DNA of 64,000 bases from a candidate division FCPU426 bacterium (GTDB lineage: Bacteria > Oederibacteriota > Muellerivitia > Muellerivitales > Muellerivitaceae), in the NCBI GenBank assembly GCA_963719085.1, contig CAVRAL010000001.1:1248001-1312000 (forward strand). Reading direction: 5' to 3'. Shown here in pieces: positions 21,624 to 30,455 of this stretch. The position numbers and the translations under genes were made by a program. Within the stretch, counting starts at the first letter, position 1, and every line of letters begins with the position of its first letter. Below the pieces are notes generated by a model. It had not been told where the DNA came from, did no database searches, and was given only the letters and a program-made list of their open reading frames with translations.

Positions 21624-24600
21624 TCACCTCAAAATCAGGACCTTCGTGCCAGCCGTACTGCTCTGGCCTTTTGATTTCACCGTCACCGTCACGTAATAAA
21701 CCCCATTGGCCAAAGACGCCCCGGCCAAATCCCTCTCATCCCAATAAATCACATGGTTCCCCGACGAGCCCAAACTGGCCCCGGTCACCGTGGTGGTCCA
21801 GATCTGCCGGCTCGCCAGCGTGAACACCCGGAATGTCACCTGCGCGTCCGGATCCACCACCGTGGGCGAGCCCACTTCCTGCGCGGACGCCCCCGAGGCG
21901 CCCGCGCCAGCGGTCAAGTTGACCGAGAGGTTGACCCCGCTCCCCGTGGAGGGATTCGGAAAAGCCACCACGCTGGCTGACTTCAAGGCCGAAGTCACGG
22001 CGGTCGGTTCTTGCCCCCACACCAGTACCCCGCCCAAATACACCGTGATTTTGGTCGTCTGGGTAAAACTGGTGTCCGCCGCGTAGCTCCAGTCGTTGCT
22101 CTGGGTCATGTTGCTGTAATCGCTCTTGTTGAACCGGCCTTGCACCTCAATAAACTGACCCGGTTGCAATACCAAGTTCCCGGAAAACTTGTAGCTGATG
22201 TAGTCGGTCTGCCCACCCAGAGTCGTGGGTTGAACCGTCGTCTGGACATCCCCCGTGACCGAAGTCCCGGCGGGCATAAGTCCGGCCCAGTCGACCCAAG
22301 ACTGCAGGCTTTGGCCCGTGCAGTCGCAATTGAACCAGTAGCGCACTTCCACGTTGTTTAGGTTCAAAGGCGCCGTCCCTGTGTTTTTAACCTCAATCTG
22401 GGGATGGGGGCTGTTGGTGGTATTCGCCGTGACCCCCGACAACAAATACACCGTCAAGGATCCCGCGCCGGCGGGAGTCGCCGTATTCGTCGGCGCCAGA
22501 GTGGGCGTTGAAGTCCACGTCGCTGACGCGGTCGGCGGCACTGGGGTCCTAGTTAAAGTAGCCGTGCTGGTGGATGTCGGAGGCACCGCGGTCGCGGTCC
22601 AAGTCTTCGTGAAGGTATTCGTGGGTGTCGCTGTCACAGTCGATGTCACCGTTGAGGTCGCGGTCGGCGGCACCGGAGTATGGGTCGCCGTGAACGTGGG
22701 CGGCAATGGGGTATTCGTCAAAGTTGGCGGCACCGGGCTCGAGGTCCAGGTAGGCGTATCTGACGCCGATGCCGAAGCTGTAGGCGAGGCAGTTTCGGAG
22801 GCGGTGGTCGTGACCACTAAAGTAGCGGTGCTGGTAACGGTCGGCGGCAAGGTCGCCGTCAGAGTCGGCGGCAAAGTCGCCGTCGAAGTCGGCGGCACCG
22901 GCGTATTTGTCCTAGTCGCGGTCGACGTCAATGAAGCCGTCGACGTTAAAGTCGGAGGTATCGGCGTAGCCGTCAAAGACGGCGTGGCCGTTTTCGTTGC
23001 CGTAGCCGTAGCCGAGGCGGTTGGGGTAGACGTCGCGCTAGCCGTCGCTGTGCGGGTCGGCGTGGCGAGCGCCGGCTGCGGAATCAACTGCAAGGCCTCC
23101 ACCACGGCGCTCGTATCCGGGCTGTTCGTGCCGATGAATTGGATCGTCACCGCTCCCGCGCTGGGAGCGATGTTATTGAGTACTTCGTTCAGGGCCTTGT
23201 TCCCTCCCACTTGGGCGAAAATATCCAGGTTCGAGATGACCGTCACCCCGTTCACGAGAACGTTGAAAATACGGTCCCCAGCCGCCATATCACCCGAATA
23301 GGTTTCGGCGAAAAGTAAGGTCGCCTGATAGGTTCCGGTTGGAACATGGAAGATGTAGCTGAAATTCGAGCCATAGCGCTGGGTGTCATAAAGCGTGGAA
23401 TCGTTGGTTCCCGCGATCGTCCCGCCTTCGGCGATGGTGCTGCCCGCCGTAAATTGGGTATCGGCCGACCAAGCGTTCCCGAGTGAATCGGTATAAGCCG
23501 GGCCGCCCGCGTTCACGCGCCAAGTGGAGGCGATAATCGGGGCCGGTGTGCTGGTGAAAGTCGCCGTTGGAGTAGGAGGAACCGCCGTAGCCGTCCTCGT
23601 TGGCGTGGCCGGCACGGGCGTCGGGGTAGTTGCCTTGTTCGCCTTGGAGGTCGCCAAGCCAAGCTGCCAGGGAATTAAGTTGTAGGAACTGGCCCCATTA
23701 TTGGGATTGTCGCCCTGGTAGAGAAAGGTCAGGTTGTTGAGGTTGATGGAATCGGTCTGGTCATCGCCGTCAATGACCGCCCCGCCGCTGCTGAAGTCCG
23801 AGGTCCAGTTCGAGACGCCGGAATTAAAGGTGACATTGTGCGAACCCAGAAAAGGGGTGTTGAGGTTCGCCGTATTGCCCAGCGGCGTCCAGGTTCCGCC
23901 CAGGCTGGTGGCGGTCAAGGCGCGGAAGAAGCGGTGGCCGTCGCTGCCGATGCACTCAATGTCGGCCAGATAGCCCCCGCCATTTTCCACAGTATAAACA
24001 TTGTCCGCCTCAAAGAGATTGAACTCCGTATCCGTGTAGACGATGACAGGCGTGTTAAATCCATTGGGAAAGTTCGCGAGCGAAGTTGAGCTACGGTAGA
24101 AGTTCCCGTTGTCCCCGCAGAAGAACAGGTAGGCGTTGGTGGAATCGCAGATGACCCAGAAATCTATCCAATTGCTCACGCTCGAGGGCTGAGACGCGAA
24201 GAAATTCTTAGGCGTCGTCCAATTTTGGGGCTGGGTCGGGTCGCTATTGGTGGAGTACTGGGGTTGTCCGCTCTGAAAGATCAGGTACCATTTGTTCTGG
24301 GGGGCGAAATAAAAAACTTGGGGCGCGGTGTGATAGCCCGAGAAACCGGCGGTGTTGTCCATGAAATAAGGCGTGGCGGCGCCGGCCTGGCTCCAATCGC
24401 TGAAGTGCAGGTATTCCATGCCGTAGTTGCCGGCCGAGTTGACCGAAGAGGCGTAAACGATGTATTGGCCGTTATAGAAGACCGTGGAAGGGTCCTTCAC
24501 GGCGATCATGTTGTGGGTGGAGTCGCTCTTGGGAGTGATGAGGGGGGCGGTCGATGTCCATGAAAAGGAGGTGGGAATGGTCTGGGCGTCGAGCGCGGAA

Positions 24601-24659
24601 ACATTCGCCCCGAGTAGTAGGATGATCAGGCTCGGCAGAGCCGCTTTTAAAGATTTCAA
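21624..24659 (-). CDS. Secreted GH62 alpha-L-arabinofuranosidase + malectin + Thr/Pro linker + CBM3 + CTD-like domain
   Basis: F.W.ST.PLI.PK.D, VKDPS, APQVFYFAPQNKWYL, WIDFWVICD, LFEA.NVY, FLYQG..P. Same accessory modules as the GH30 gene. Start is TTG 24659 or ATG 24665. Confidence 0.9.
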   Translation of the reverse strand: MKSLKAALPSLIILLLGANVSALDAQTIPTSFSWTSTAPLITPKSDSTHNMIAVKDPSTVFYNGQYIVYASSVNSAGNYGMEYLHFSDWSQAGAATPYFMDNTAGFSGYHTAPQVFYFAPQNKWYLIFQSGQPQYSTNSDPTQPQNWTTPKNFFASQPSSVSNWIDFWVICDSTNAYLFFCGDNGNFYRSSTSLANFPNGFNTPVIVYTDTEFNLFEADNVYTVENGGGYLADIECIGSDGHRFFRALTATSLGGTWTPLGNTANLNTPFLGSHNVTFNSGVSNWTSDFSSGGAVIDGDDQTDSINLNNLTFLYQGDNPNNGASSYNLIPWQLGLATSKANKATTPTPVPATPTRTATAVPPTPTATFTSTPAPIIASTWRVNAGGPAYTDSLGNAWSADTQFTAGSTIAEGGTIAGTNDSTLYDTQRYGSNFSYIFHVPTGTYQATLLFAETYSGDMAAGDRIFNVLVNGVTVISNLDIFAQVGGNKALNEVLNNIAPSAGAVTIQFIGTNSPDTSAVVEALQLIPQPALATPTRTATASATSTPTASATATATKTATPSLTATPIPPTLTSTASLTSTATRTNTPVPPTSTATLPPTLTATLPPTVTSTATLVVTTTASETASPTASASASDTPTWTSSPVPPTLTNTPLPPTFTATHTPVPPTATSTVTSTVTATPTNTFTKTWTATAVPPTSTSTATLTRTPVPPTASATWTSTPTLAPTNTATPAGAGSLTVYLLSGVTANTTNSPHPQIEVKNTGTAPLNLNNVEVRYWFNCDCTGQSLQSWVDWAGLMPAGTSVTGDVQTTVQPTTLGGQTDYISYKFSGNLVLQPGQFIEVQGRFNKSDYSNMTQSNDWSYAADTSFTQTTKITVYLGGVLVWGQEPTAVTSALKSASVVAFPNPSTGSGVNLSVNLTAGAGASGASAQEVGSPTVVDPDAQVTFRVFTLASRQIWTTTVTGASLGSSGNHVIYWDERDLAGASLANGVYYVTVTVKSKGQSSTAGTKVLILR
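22005..22465. repeat. CBM3-coding module, copy 2
   Basis: See 18742-19202. Confidence 0.8.
23053..23614. repeat. Malectin-coding module, copy 2
   Basis: See 19655-20216. Confidence 0.85.
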
Positions 24660-24920
24660 TTCCATCTCCTCAGTTCTTTTCACTTCTCGATCATGGCCTT
24701 CGAGGTCAGTGATCCAAATCCAAGGTCACCTGGATCCGGTCCTCCAAAAACGGTTTAAAATAAAATTTAAAAGTCAAACTGGGGCCCAACTGACAAAAGC
24801 CCTGACAGAATGGGTTGAGATGGCGGGGGCATGGTTCTGTCCAATAGATGGGTGTTTGGGGAAAAGACTCTATTCCCTAAAAACGATTAAAATTACGGAT
24901 TGAATGGGAAATCGGTAAAC

Positions 24921-26231
24921 CTAAGGGCTTTGCGGGTGGGCGGCTTCGTACTGGTCCAACCAAGCTTTCAACTTCACATCCGACGGGTTCAACCGGTAGG
25001 CCTGCTCCAAACATTGAACCGACAACTGGGTCTTCCCGGCCTTCCAATAAGCCAAGCCTAATTGATGCCAAGCCTCGGCATCCTGGGGATTGTCTTCGGT
25101 GGCTTTCTCGTATTGTTGAATCAAGGCCGCGGCCGCGAAATCCGTCACGGTGGCCGGGCCGCTGGCGGGAACCTCAAATAGCACCTTCACGGAAGATTTG
25201 GCCGGGCCGGGCGTGACCGCGGGCACAGGCGTGGGAACCGGCGTCACGAAAACCGTCACCGCTTTGACCGGAACGGGTGTTGGATTGGGGAAATCATAAG
25301 AAAGGCTGATCCGGTGGGAAGTCCCCAAGTCCCCATAGGGGACAAAAGCGTAATCCAAAGTGAGCGGCTCCAGCCGGATTCCCGCCCCCGCGCTGAAATT
25401 GGTAAAGCCCGAGACTTGGTTGTCCGAAAGCGGAAGTTGATAGCCCAGCCTCAAGAAATAGTTTTTTTGGAATCCCGCCTCGATCCCTCCCTGGAGCCGG
25501 CTCACCCCCTGGGGCTCGTAATCACCCGAGAAAGCCGTCAAAAAAGATAGGTCGCTGTTGAGATGAAAAAGACAGGAAAGGCCGCCTTTCAAATCGCTGG
25601 CGAGGGCTTGACCCGACACGGGCGTCCCAAAGCCGGAATAAACCAGGCCCAACCGAAAATCTTTCTCAGGGATCCACAACAACCCCGCTTCCCCGGCCAG
25701 GCTGGAGTAAAGTGAATCCACTATTTTTTGCTGGGTCCCATAAAGCGCCACGCCCATCGAAAAACCCTTCGCCCATTCCTTTCCCCATCCAATACTCAAT
25801 GCGATGTCGTTATCCAAGTAGGTACCCTGGTCGACCCCTGAGGAATCCCGCGCGTCCAGGGCTCCCCAAAAGACATATTGGAGCGCCCCCGCGAATCCGC
25901 CCAGGCCGCCCGCGGGCAGGCCCACTAAAAGGGTTTCCTCAAAGGTGCTTCCCAAGTAGCTGTTGTGGTTCAAGCTGATGCGGGTGTCGGCCAGGCCCGA
26001 GAGGCCCGCGCTGTTGAAAAACAAGGCCGAGTTATCATCGGCCAGACCCGCGAAAGCGTCCCCCATCGCGTCCGCGCGGGCGGAAGCCCCCAGCGCGCTT
26101 AAGGGCGTTACCAGCGACGCGTTGGGGGAAATTACCTGCCCCCAAACCACCGCGCCGAAAAAAAACAAAAACACTCCCCCGCGTCCCAACGAGACAAAAC
26201 CCGCGCGTAAAAAATAAAAAGAGCGCGTCAT
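24921..26231 (-). CDS. PorV/PorQ (UPF0164, FadL-like) outer-membrane barrel fused to a Pro/Thr linker and TPR
   Basis: SARADAMGDAFAGLADDNSALFFNSAGL N-terminal motif, alternating beta strands, DYAFVPYGDLGTSHRISLSYDF, then PTPVP and a TPR (NPQDAEAWHQLGLAY). Confidence 0.82.
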   Translation of the reverse strand: MTRSFYFLRAGFVSLGRGGVFLFFFGAVVWGQVISPNASLVTPLSALGASARADAMGDAFAGLADDNSALFFNSAGLSGLADTRISLNHNSYLGSTFEETLLVGLPAGGLGGFAGALQYVFWGALDARDSSGVDQGTYLDNDIALSIGWGKEWAKGFSMGVALYGTQQKIVDSLYSSLAGEAGLLWIPEKDFRLGLVYSGFGTPVSGQALASDLKGGLSCLFHLNSDLSFLTAFSGDYEPQGVSRLQGGIEAGFQKNYFLRLGYQLPLSDNQVSGFTNFSAGAGIRLEPLTLDYAFVPYGDLGTSHRISLSYDFPNPTPVPVKAVTVFVTPVPTPVPAVTPGPAKSSVKVLFEVPASGPATVTDFAAAALIQQYEKATEDNPQDAEAWHQLGLAYWKAGKTQLSVQCLEQAYRLNPSDVKLKAWLDQYEAAHPQSP

Positions 26232-27646
26232 TTTTTCACGGCCAGGATTTGGGTTTGGAACGACTGCGTTTGTCCCGAGTCATAATGAAGGACCACGTGA
26301 TAAAAATAATGGCCGGGCGCGAAGGAACGCACATCCAAGGAACTGGAAGCTTCCCCGGCGGCCTTAGCCTCATTGACCGTGGCCGCCAAGTTGCCCCAGG
26401 CATTCCAAACCTGGATGTCGGCTTTTCCCGGCTGGGCCATGGTGTACACAAAGGTGACCGTGGGACCCGAGGTCGGATTGGAGTAAACGTAAGGCTGGTT
26501 CACCGGCACCGGCGGGGTAGCCACGGGCGTGGGACAAGCGGAACCGATCGCCAGGCTGGCGTAAGCGGCGGTATTTAAATAGTCGTCCTCATTACCGTTA
26601 AGCATCATTTGACCGTCCCGGCAATTGCCCCCGTTGTGGTTGATATCCAATCCCACGTCAAATCCCAGCTCCGTTCCGTCCGAAGGCGTCATCCCCAAGG
26701 TCGTCCAAGGAATGGAGGCTTCCACAATGTACCCGCCCGCGGTCGTTGTGGTTTTCATCACCACGCCGGTTACGCGGCCGTTGCTTTCCACCGGCGTCGT
26801 GTCGCCCCACCGGAAAAAATACTCAAAATCATGGGACGTAATGGTCAGCGACTGGTCATTGGCGGTGTTCAAGTAAAGCTCCACGGTCGAGTTATGCCAA
26901 AGTGTGCCGGTTCCCGTGTTGGTCAATTGACTGTCCGTCACTTGGGCGCCGAGATAAAGGTTGCTGGAGTCCCATAAAAATTTGACCAGCGCCGAGGAGC
27001 CAAAACTCTGCCCGGAAACCGTCTTGGTGACCGAGGCGAAGGGGCTCCCGCTGTTCCAGGCCCAATCATCCAGGATCCCATCCACCACCGCGGTTTGTTG
27101 GCAGGCGTTGAGGATTTGAGGCGTGGGCGTGGGCGCCGGCAACGCGCCGGAAAAAAGATTCTCATGGGGGACGGGGCTCAAAGCTTGGGAAGCGCTTTGC
27201 CATATCAGTTGAATTTGGGGCGTTCCCCCGTTGGCGAAATAATCGACTTCAATCGGAACCTTGGTTCCCGCCGTCATCGGAACGGTTCCCGTAAAGGTCG
27301 ACAAGGTCGTGTTTTCAGTCCACTGGCTCACCAAGACTTGTCCGTTGACGATGACGCTCACCCCGCCATTGACATCCGCCGTGAAGGTGTAAGTCTCGCT
27401 ATAGTCCGCTTCAATTTGGCCGGTCCACTTGACCGAAAAGGCGCTGGGGGAAACCCCGGGATTGGGCGGACACCCTTGCCAAAAATACTCGACCGCGGGA
27501 TCCACTTCCGTCACCACCGCGGTGTTGAAATTGACGCCGTTGTAATAAACCGCTTGAAGGCCGTCCCCGTTGGTTTGGGAAAGTCCGAGGGAAGGAATCA
27601 TGGATAGGAAAAAGACGAGGAAAAACTCAAAACGTTTTAAATCCAT
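26228..27646 (-). CDS. Secreted non-catalytic PA14 + CBM9-like sugar-binding protein with CTD-like C-terminus
   Basis: GDGLQAVYYN..FSVKWTGQI..YTF (PA14). VDGILDDW..LWD..NLY..VTD..GYIVEASIPW..LG..LGFDV (CBM9-like). YVYSNP...PGHYFY...ILAVKK. Confidence 0.8.
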   Translation of the reverse strand: MDLKRFEFFLVFFLSMIPSLGLSQTNGDGLQAVYYNGVNFNTAVVTEVDPAVEYFWQGCPPNPGVSPSAFSVKWTGQIEADYSETYTFTADVNGGVSVIVNGQVLVSQWTENTTLSTFTGTVPMTAGTKVPIEVDYFANGGTPQIQLIWQSASQALSPVPHENLFSGALPAPTPTPQILNACQQTAVVDGILDDWAWNSGSPFASVTKTVSGQSFGSSALVKFLWDSSNLYLGAQVTDSQLTNTGTGTLWHNSTVELYLNTANDQSLTITSHDFEYFFRWGDTTPVESNGRVTGVVMKTTTTAGGYIVEASIPWTTLGMTPSDGTELGFDVGLDINHNGGNCRDGQMMLNGNEDDYLNTAAYASLAIGSACPTPVATPPVPVNQPYVYSNPTSGPTVTFVYTMAQPGKADIQVWNAWGNLAATVNEAKAAGEASSSLDVRSFAPGHYFYHVVLHYDSGQTQSFQTQILAVKK

Positions 27647-27713
27647 CGCAAGAAAAACCTCCCGAGGAATTAATCTTATTATGCTTCCAGTCGGAAAGTT
27701 AAACCCTAAAAAT

Positions 27714-28370
27714 TTATTTGAGATTGAGGCGGATAGCCTTAGTTTGGTGGGAATCCCCGGTTTGAACGTCAATCCTATAGTTCCCCGCGGGCGCCGGTTC
27801 CCCCGCCGAAAGATTCCCGTCCCACTGGAAAGCCCTTTGGCCCGGCTCCACAAAACCGGTGAATAAGTGCCGTACTTCTTGGCCCGCCGCGTCCAAAACC
27901 CGGACCGTCACCAATGACTTTTCCCGTGTGTCCACTACCACGCTTAATTCCTCGCCTTCCGCCGAAGGAGCGGTTGCTTCGGAGTGAACAGGCGCCGACG
28001 GGGATTTCAGGATGACTTTAGGCTCGAGAACCCGCGAAACAGGCGCCATCGGCGCGAGGGGCTGCGGCGCGGCCGGTTGGACGATTTCAGAAACCGGCCA
28101 GAATTTCCAGACCAACAGACCCACCCCGGCGGCGACCGCCGCCGCCAAGCCCGCCCAACCCAGGGCTCCCAGTTTTCCGGCCGCGGGCGCCCATTTTTGA
28201 AGCGAACCGGGCAATTCGGGCAAAGGCAGTCCCGTCGCCAAATAATGGGTCTCAAGCAAGCCCTCAAAGCGCAAAGCCGAGTCCGGGGATTCTTGCAACA
28301 GCTTCCCCAACAAGTCCGCCTCGGACTCGCTCAGTTCCCGCTCAAAAAACGCTTGGATCAGGTCAACCAT
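27714..28370 (-). CDS. Putative anti-sigma factor with periplasmic FlgD-Ig/CTD-like domain
   Basis: Overlaps the sigma stop. N-terminal helical ASD-like segment without Cys, one TM, Pro-rich linker, VTVRVLDAAGQEVR.L..WDG....AG.Y.I.V. Confidence 0.72.
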   Translation of the reverse strand: MVDLIQAFFERELSESEADLLGKLLQESPDSALRFEGLLETHYLATGLPLPELPGSLQKWAPAAGKLGALGWAGLAAAVAAGVGLLVWKFWPVSEIVQPAAPQPLAPMAPVSRVLEPKVILKSPSAPVHSEATAPSAEGEELSVVVDTREKSLVTVRVLDAAGQEVRHLFTGFVEPGQRAFQWDGNLSAGEPAPAGNYRIDVQTGDSHQTKAIRLNLK

Positions 28371-28935
28371 TTCGCCCTTCCTCAATCATCTGTTCAACGA
28401 GGATCTTCAAAGCCTTTTTGCACCGCGACAACCGGGACATCACCGTCCCCAGCGGAATCTTCATCGACTTGCCGATCTCGATATAAGTCTTTTCTTCCTT
28501 ATCGCGCAAAATCACGATCTCCCGGCACTCGGCGCCGATCTTGTCCAAGCCTTTGTCGATCAGCTGAAGCTTGGCGGCCTTGTCCTCATCCCGGGACTTT
28601 TGAGCCTCGCCCTCCAGGGACTTATGCCGCAAAAGGTTTTCCAAATCCGCTTCTTCTTGAACCACCATCTTGGCCCGCGACCGGTACCGGTTATAACAAA
28701 GATAGATGCAAATCTGCGTCAACCAAGTGCCCAGCGCCGACCGAAACTCAAAAGCCGGGAGCTTTCGAAAGGCGATCATAAAAGCTTCCTGCACCAGGTC
28801 TTCCGCCTCCGAATCCCGATAGCCTAAGAGAAACACGCAATCCTTATAGAGGCGTTCCCGGTATTGGACGTAGAACTGGGTCTTAGCCGCTTCATCGCCC
28901 TGGAGAATTTTTTGAACCAACTCCCGGTCTTCCAA
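28363..28935 (-). CDS. ECF RNA polymerase sigma factor
   Basis: DRELV..IL.GD..A, AEDLVQEAF, F..RS...TWL..I, region 4 Y.EI...M.IPLGTVMSRLSR. Confidence 0.92.
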   Translation of the reverse strand: MEDRELVQKILQGDEAAKTQFYVQYRERLYKDCVFLLGYRDSEAEDLVQEAFMIAFRKLPAFEFRSALGTWLTQICIYLCYNRYRSRAKMVVQEEADLENLLRHKSLEGEAQKSRDEDKAAKLQLIDKGLDKIGAECREIVILRDKEEKTYIEIGKSMKIPLGTVMSRLSRCKKALKILVEQMIEEGRNG

Positions 28936-28986
28936 ACATCCCCCTGAACATTAGCCTTTTGAAGAGGCCTTTTATTCCATTTTAAG

Positions 28987-29007
28987 GTGAAAAAAGTCTT
29001 TTTTCAC
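28987..29007. promoter_or_regulatory. Perfect inverted repeat upstream of the ECF sigma
   Basis: GTGAAAAAAG-T-CTTTTTTCAC. Confidence 0.45.
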
Positions 29008-29182
29008 GCGACTGAGGATGACGTAAAACCCGCCCTTTGCCTAGCTCAAAAATGCCCCAGCGTTAAAACCCAATATTTTTCGGGCAAACAAAAGGGTTTG
29101 AGGAATTAAAACATTCTAAAAAAAGAGGCGGGGTTTTCAACGCGGGAGGGACAAAACAGTCAAACCCATGGCCCAGTGAGGT

Positions 29183-29548
29183 TTATCCCGCCATCAACAA
29201 AACGAGCGGCATCACGAAACCCGCCGCGAGCAATGTCCAGATCACCCATCGGGGGCGGAAGTATTTAAACGCCATCACCAAGCCCAACCCCGTGCTGAAG
29301 ATGAACCCGGCGGACATCAGCAGAACAAATCCTTGGAGGGGCCAAGACGGCCGTGGCTGGGATGAGTCCGGCAATTTTTGATCCTTATGGATCTTCGCCA
29401 TGACCTTAAATATTTCAGGGGCCTGGTAGCCGCCTTTCACATCTTTGTGGAGCCGGAGTGTTTGGAAAGCCCCGGACAGGGTGAAAAAAAGCAAGGCGGG
29501 TGCGAAGAAGCATCCCAAAAGAAGGTGAACGCGGTTCAATCCGATCAT
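29183..29548 (-). CDS. Small membrane protein, PepSY-TM-like
   Basis: R.HL.LG.FFAP.LLFF.LSG, ..IHKDQ, three hydrophobic helices. Confidence 0.6.
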   Translation of the reverse strand: MIGLNRVHLLLGCFFAPALLFFTLSGAFQTLRLHKDVKGGYQAPEIFKVMAKIHKDQKLPDSSQPRPSWPLQGFVLLMSAGFIFSTGLGLVMAFKYFRPRWVIWTLLAAGFVMPLVLLMAG

Positions 29549-29591
29549 TCCGGCTCCCATCGATTAAAAACTCCGCCGCCCGGAATGATTT

Positions 29592-30353
29592 TTAATGGCT
29601 CTTTCGGGCGGCCCGGTGCGGGAAAAAAAGGACAAAAACTAAGATAAAAGCCAGCAGCGCCGCGGAAGCCGAATAACGGCTCAAAGCCAATCCCCCGTGA
29701 GCGATCGGTTTATCTAAAAAGTCGCCCAAGACGGCACCCAAGGGCCGGGTGAGGATGAAAGCCGCCCAAAAAAGAAAGGTTCGGGAAACCTTCGTCCAGT
29801 AATAAAGCCCCGCCAATACCGCTAAAAGCAGGAAGAACAAAACGCCGCCCCCCAGGTAACCCAAACCCGCCGAATCGGCGGTCCAATCCCCCAAGGCCGT
29901 GCCCAAGGTTTGCGAAAACATAATGGTGACCCAATAAAACATTTCAGATTTGGGTTCTTTGACCGTCTCAACCGCCACGGTTCCCAGTGTTCTATACCAA
30001 ATGAAAAGCGACCCCATCAACAGGCCCAAAAGAAGCGCGGAGCCTCCGGCGTAGCCAATCCCTAAGGACCGGTCGGCGAAATCGGCCAAGGTTGTTCCCA
30101 CGGTTGTCGTCGCGATGATCGTAAACCAGTAAATCAAAGGATGAAACCGCTCCGCCTTCATCTGAATGGTGACCGCGATAAGGAAAACAACCGCGAAAAT
30201 AGCCGTTCCCACCAGGTACCCCAGGTTCATCGACATCGAAACGGTATCCCCGCCGGTCTCGCCGAGCGTGGTGGCGGCGATTTTGATGAGCCAAAAAAGA
30301 ATCGTGATCTCGGGAACTTTGCTCAAAACACTTCCGCTTTTATTTTTTTTCAT
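29592..30353 (-). CDS. COG4705 (DUF347 repeat) membrane protein
   Basis: LSKVPEIT..FW.IKI.ATTLGETGGD, TT.GTT.ADF.DR, SQTLGTALGD, LTRPLGA..GD. Confidence 0.9.
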   Translation of the reverse strand: MKKNKSGSVLSKVPEITILFWLIKIAATTLGETGGDTVSMSMNLGYLVGTAIFAVVFLIAVTIQMKAERFHPLIYWFTIIATTTVGTTLADFADRSLGIGYAGGSALLLGLLMGSLFIWYRTLGTVAVETVKEPKSEMFYWVTIMFSQTLGTALGDWTADSAGLGYLGGGVLFFLLLAVLAGLYYWTKVSRTFLFWAAFILTRPLGAVLGDFLDKPIAHGGLALSRYSASAALLAFILVFVLFFPHRAARKSH

Positions 30354-30455
30354 GTTGATCCAGGAACGCGGGATTTTTTCGAGATTGAACGGCTTAGCTT
30401 AACACGGACTTCCGGGGCCGGCCTTCGCATTCCCATCCTTAAAAAGCCGGTCCAT

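Noticed and set aside
22354..23301. 315-aa Val/Gly/Ala-rich plus-strand ORF (also 19118-19744 and 14553-14789)
   Set aside because: Antisense shadow of the Thr/Pro linker codons in the real minus-strand genes.
18742..23614. Duplicated blocks as a DGR template/variable repeat pair
   Set aside because: Both copies are coding, the differences are not adenine-specific, and there is no reverse transcriptase in the window.
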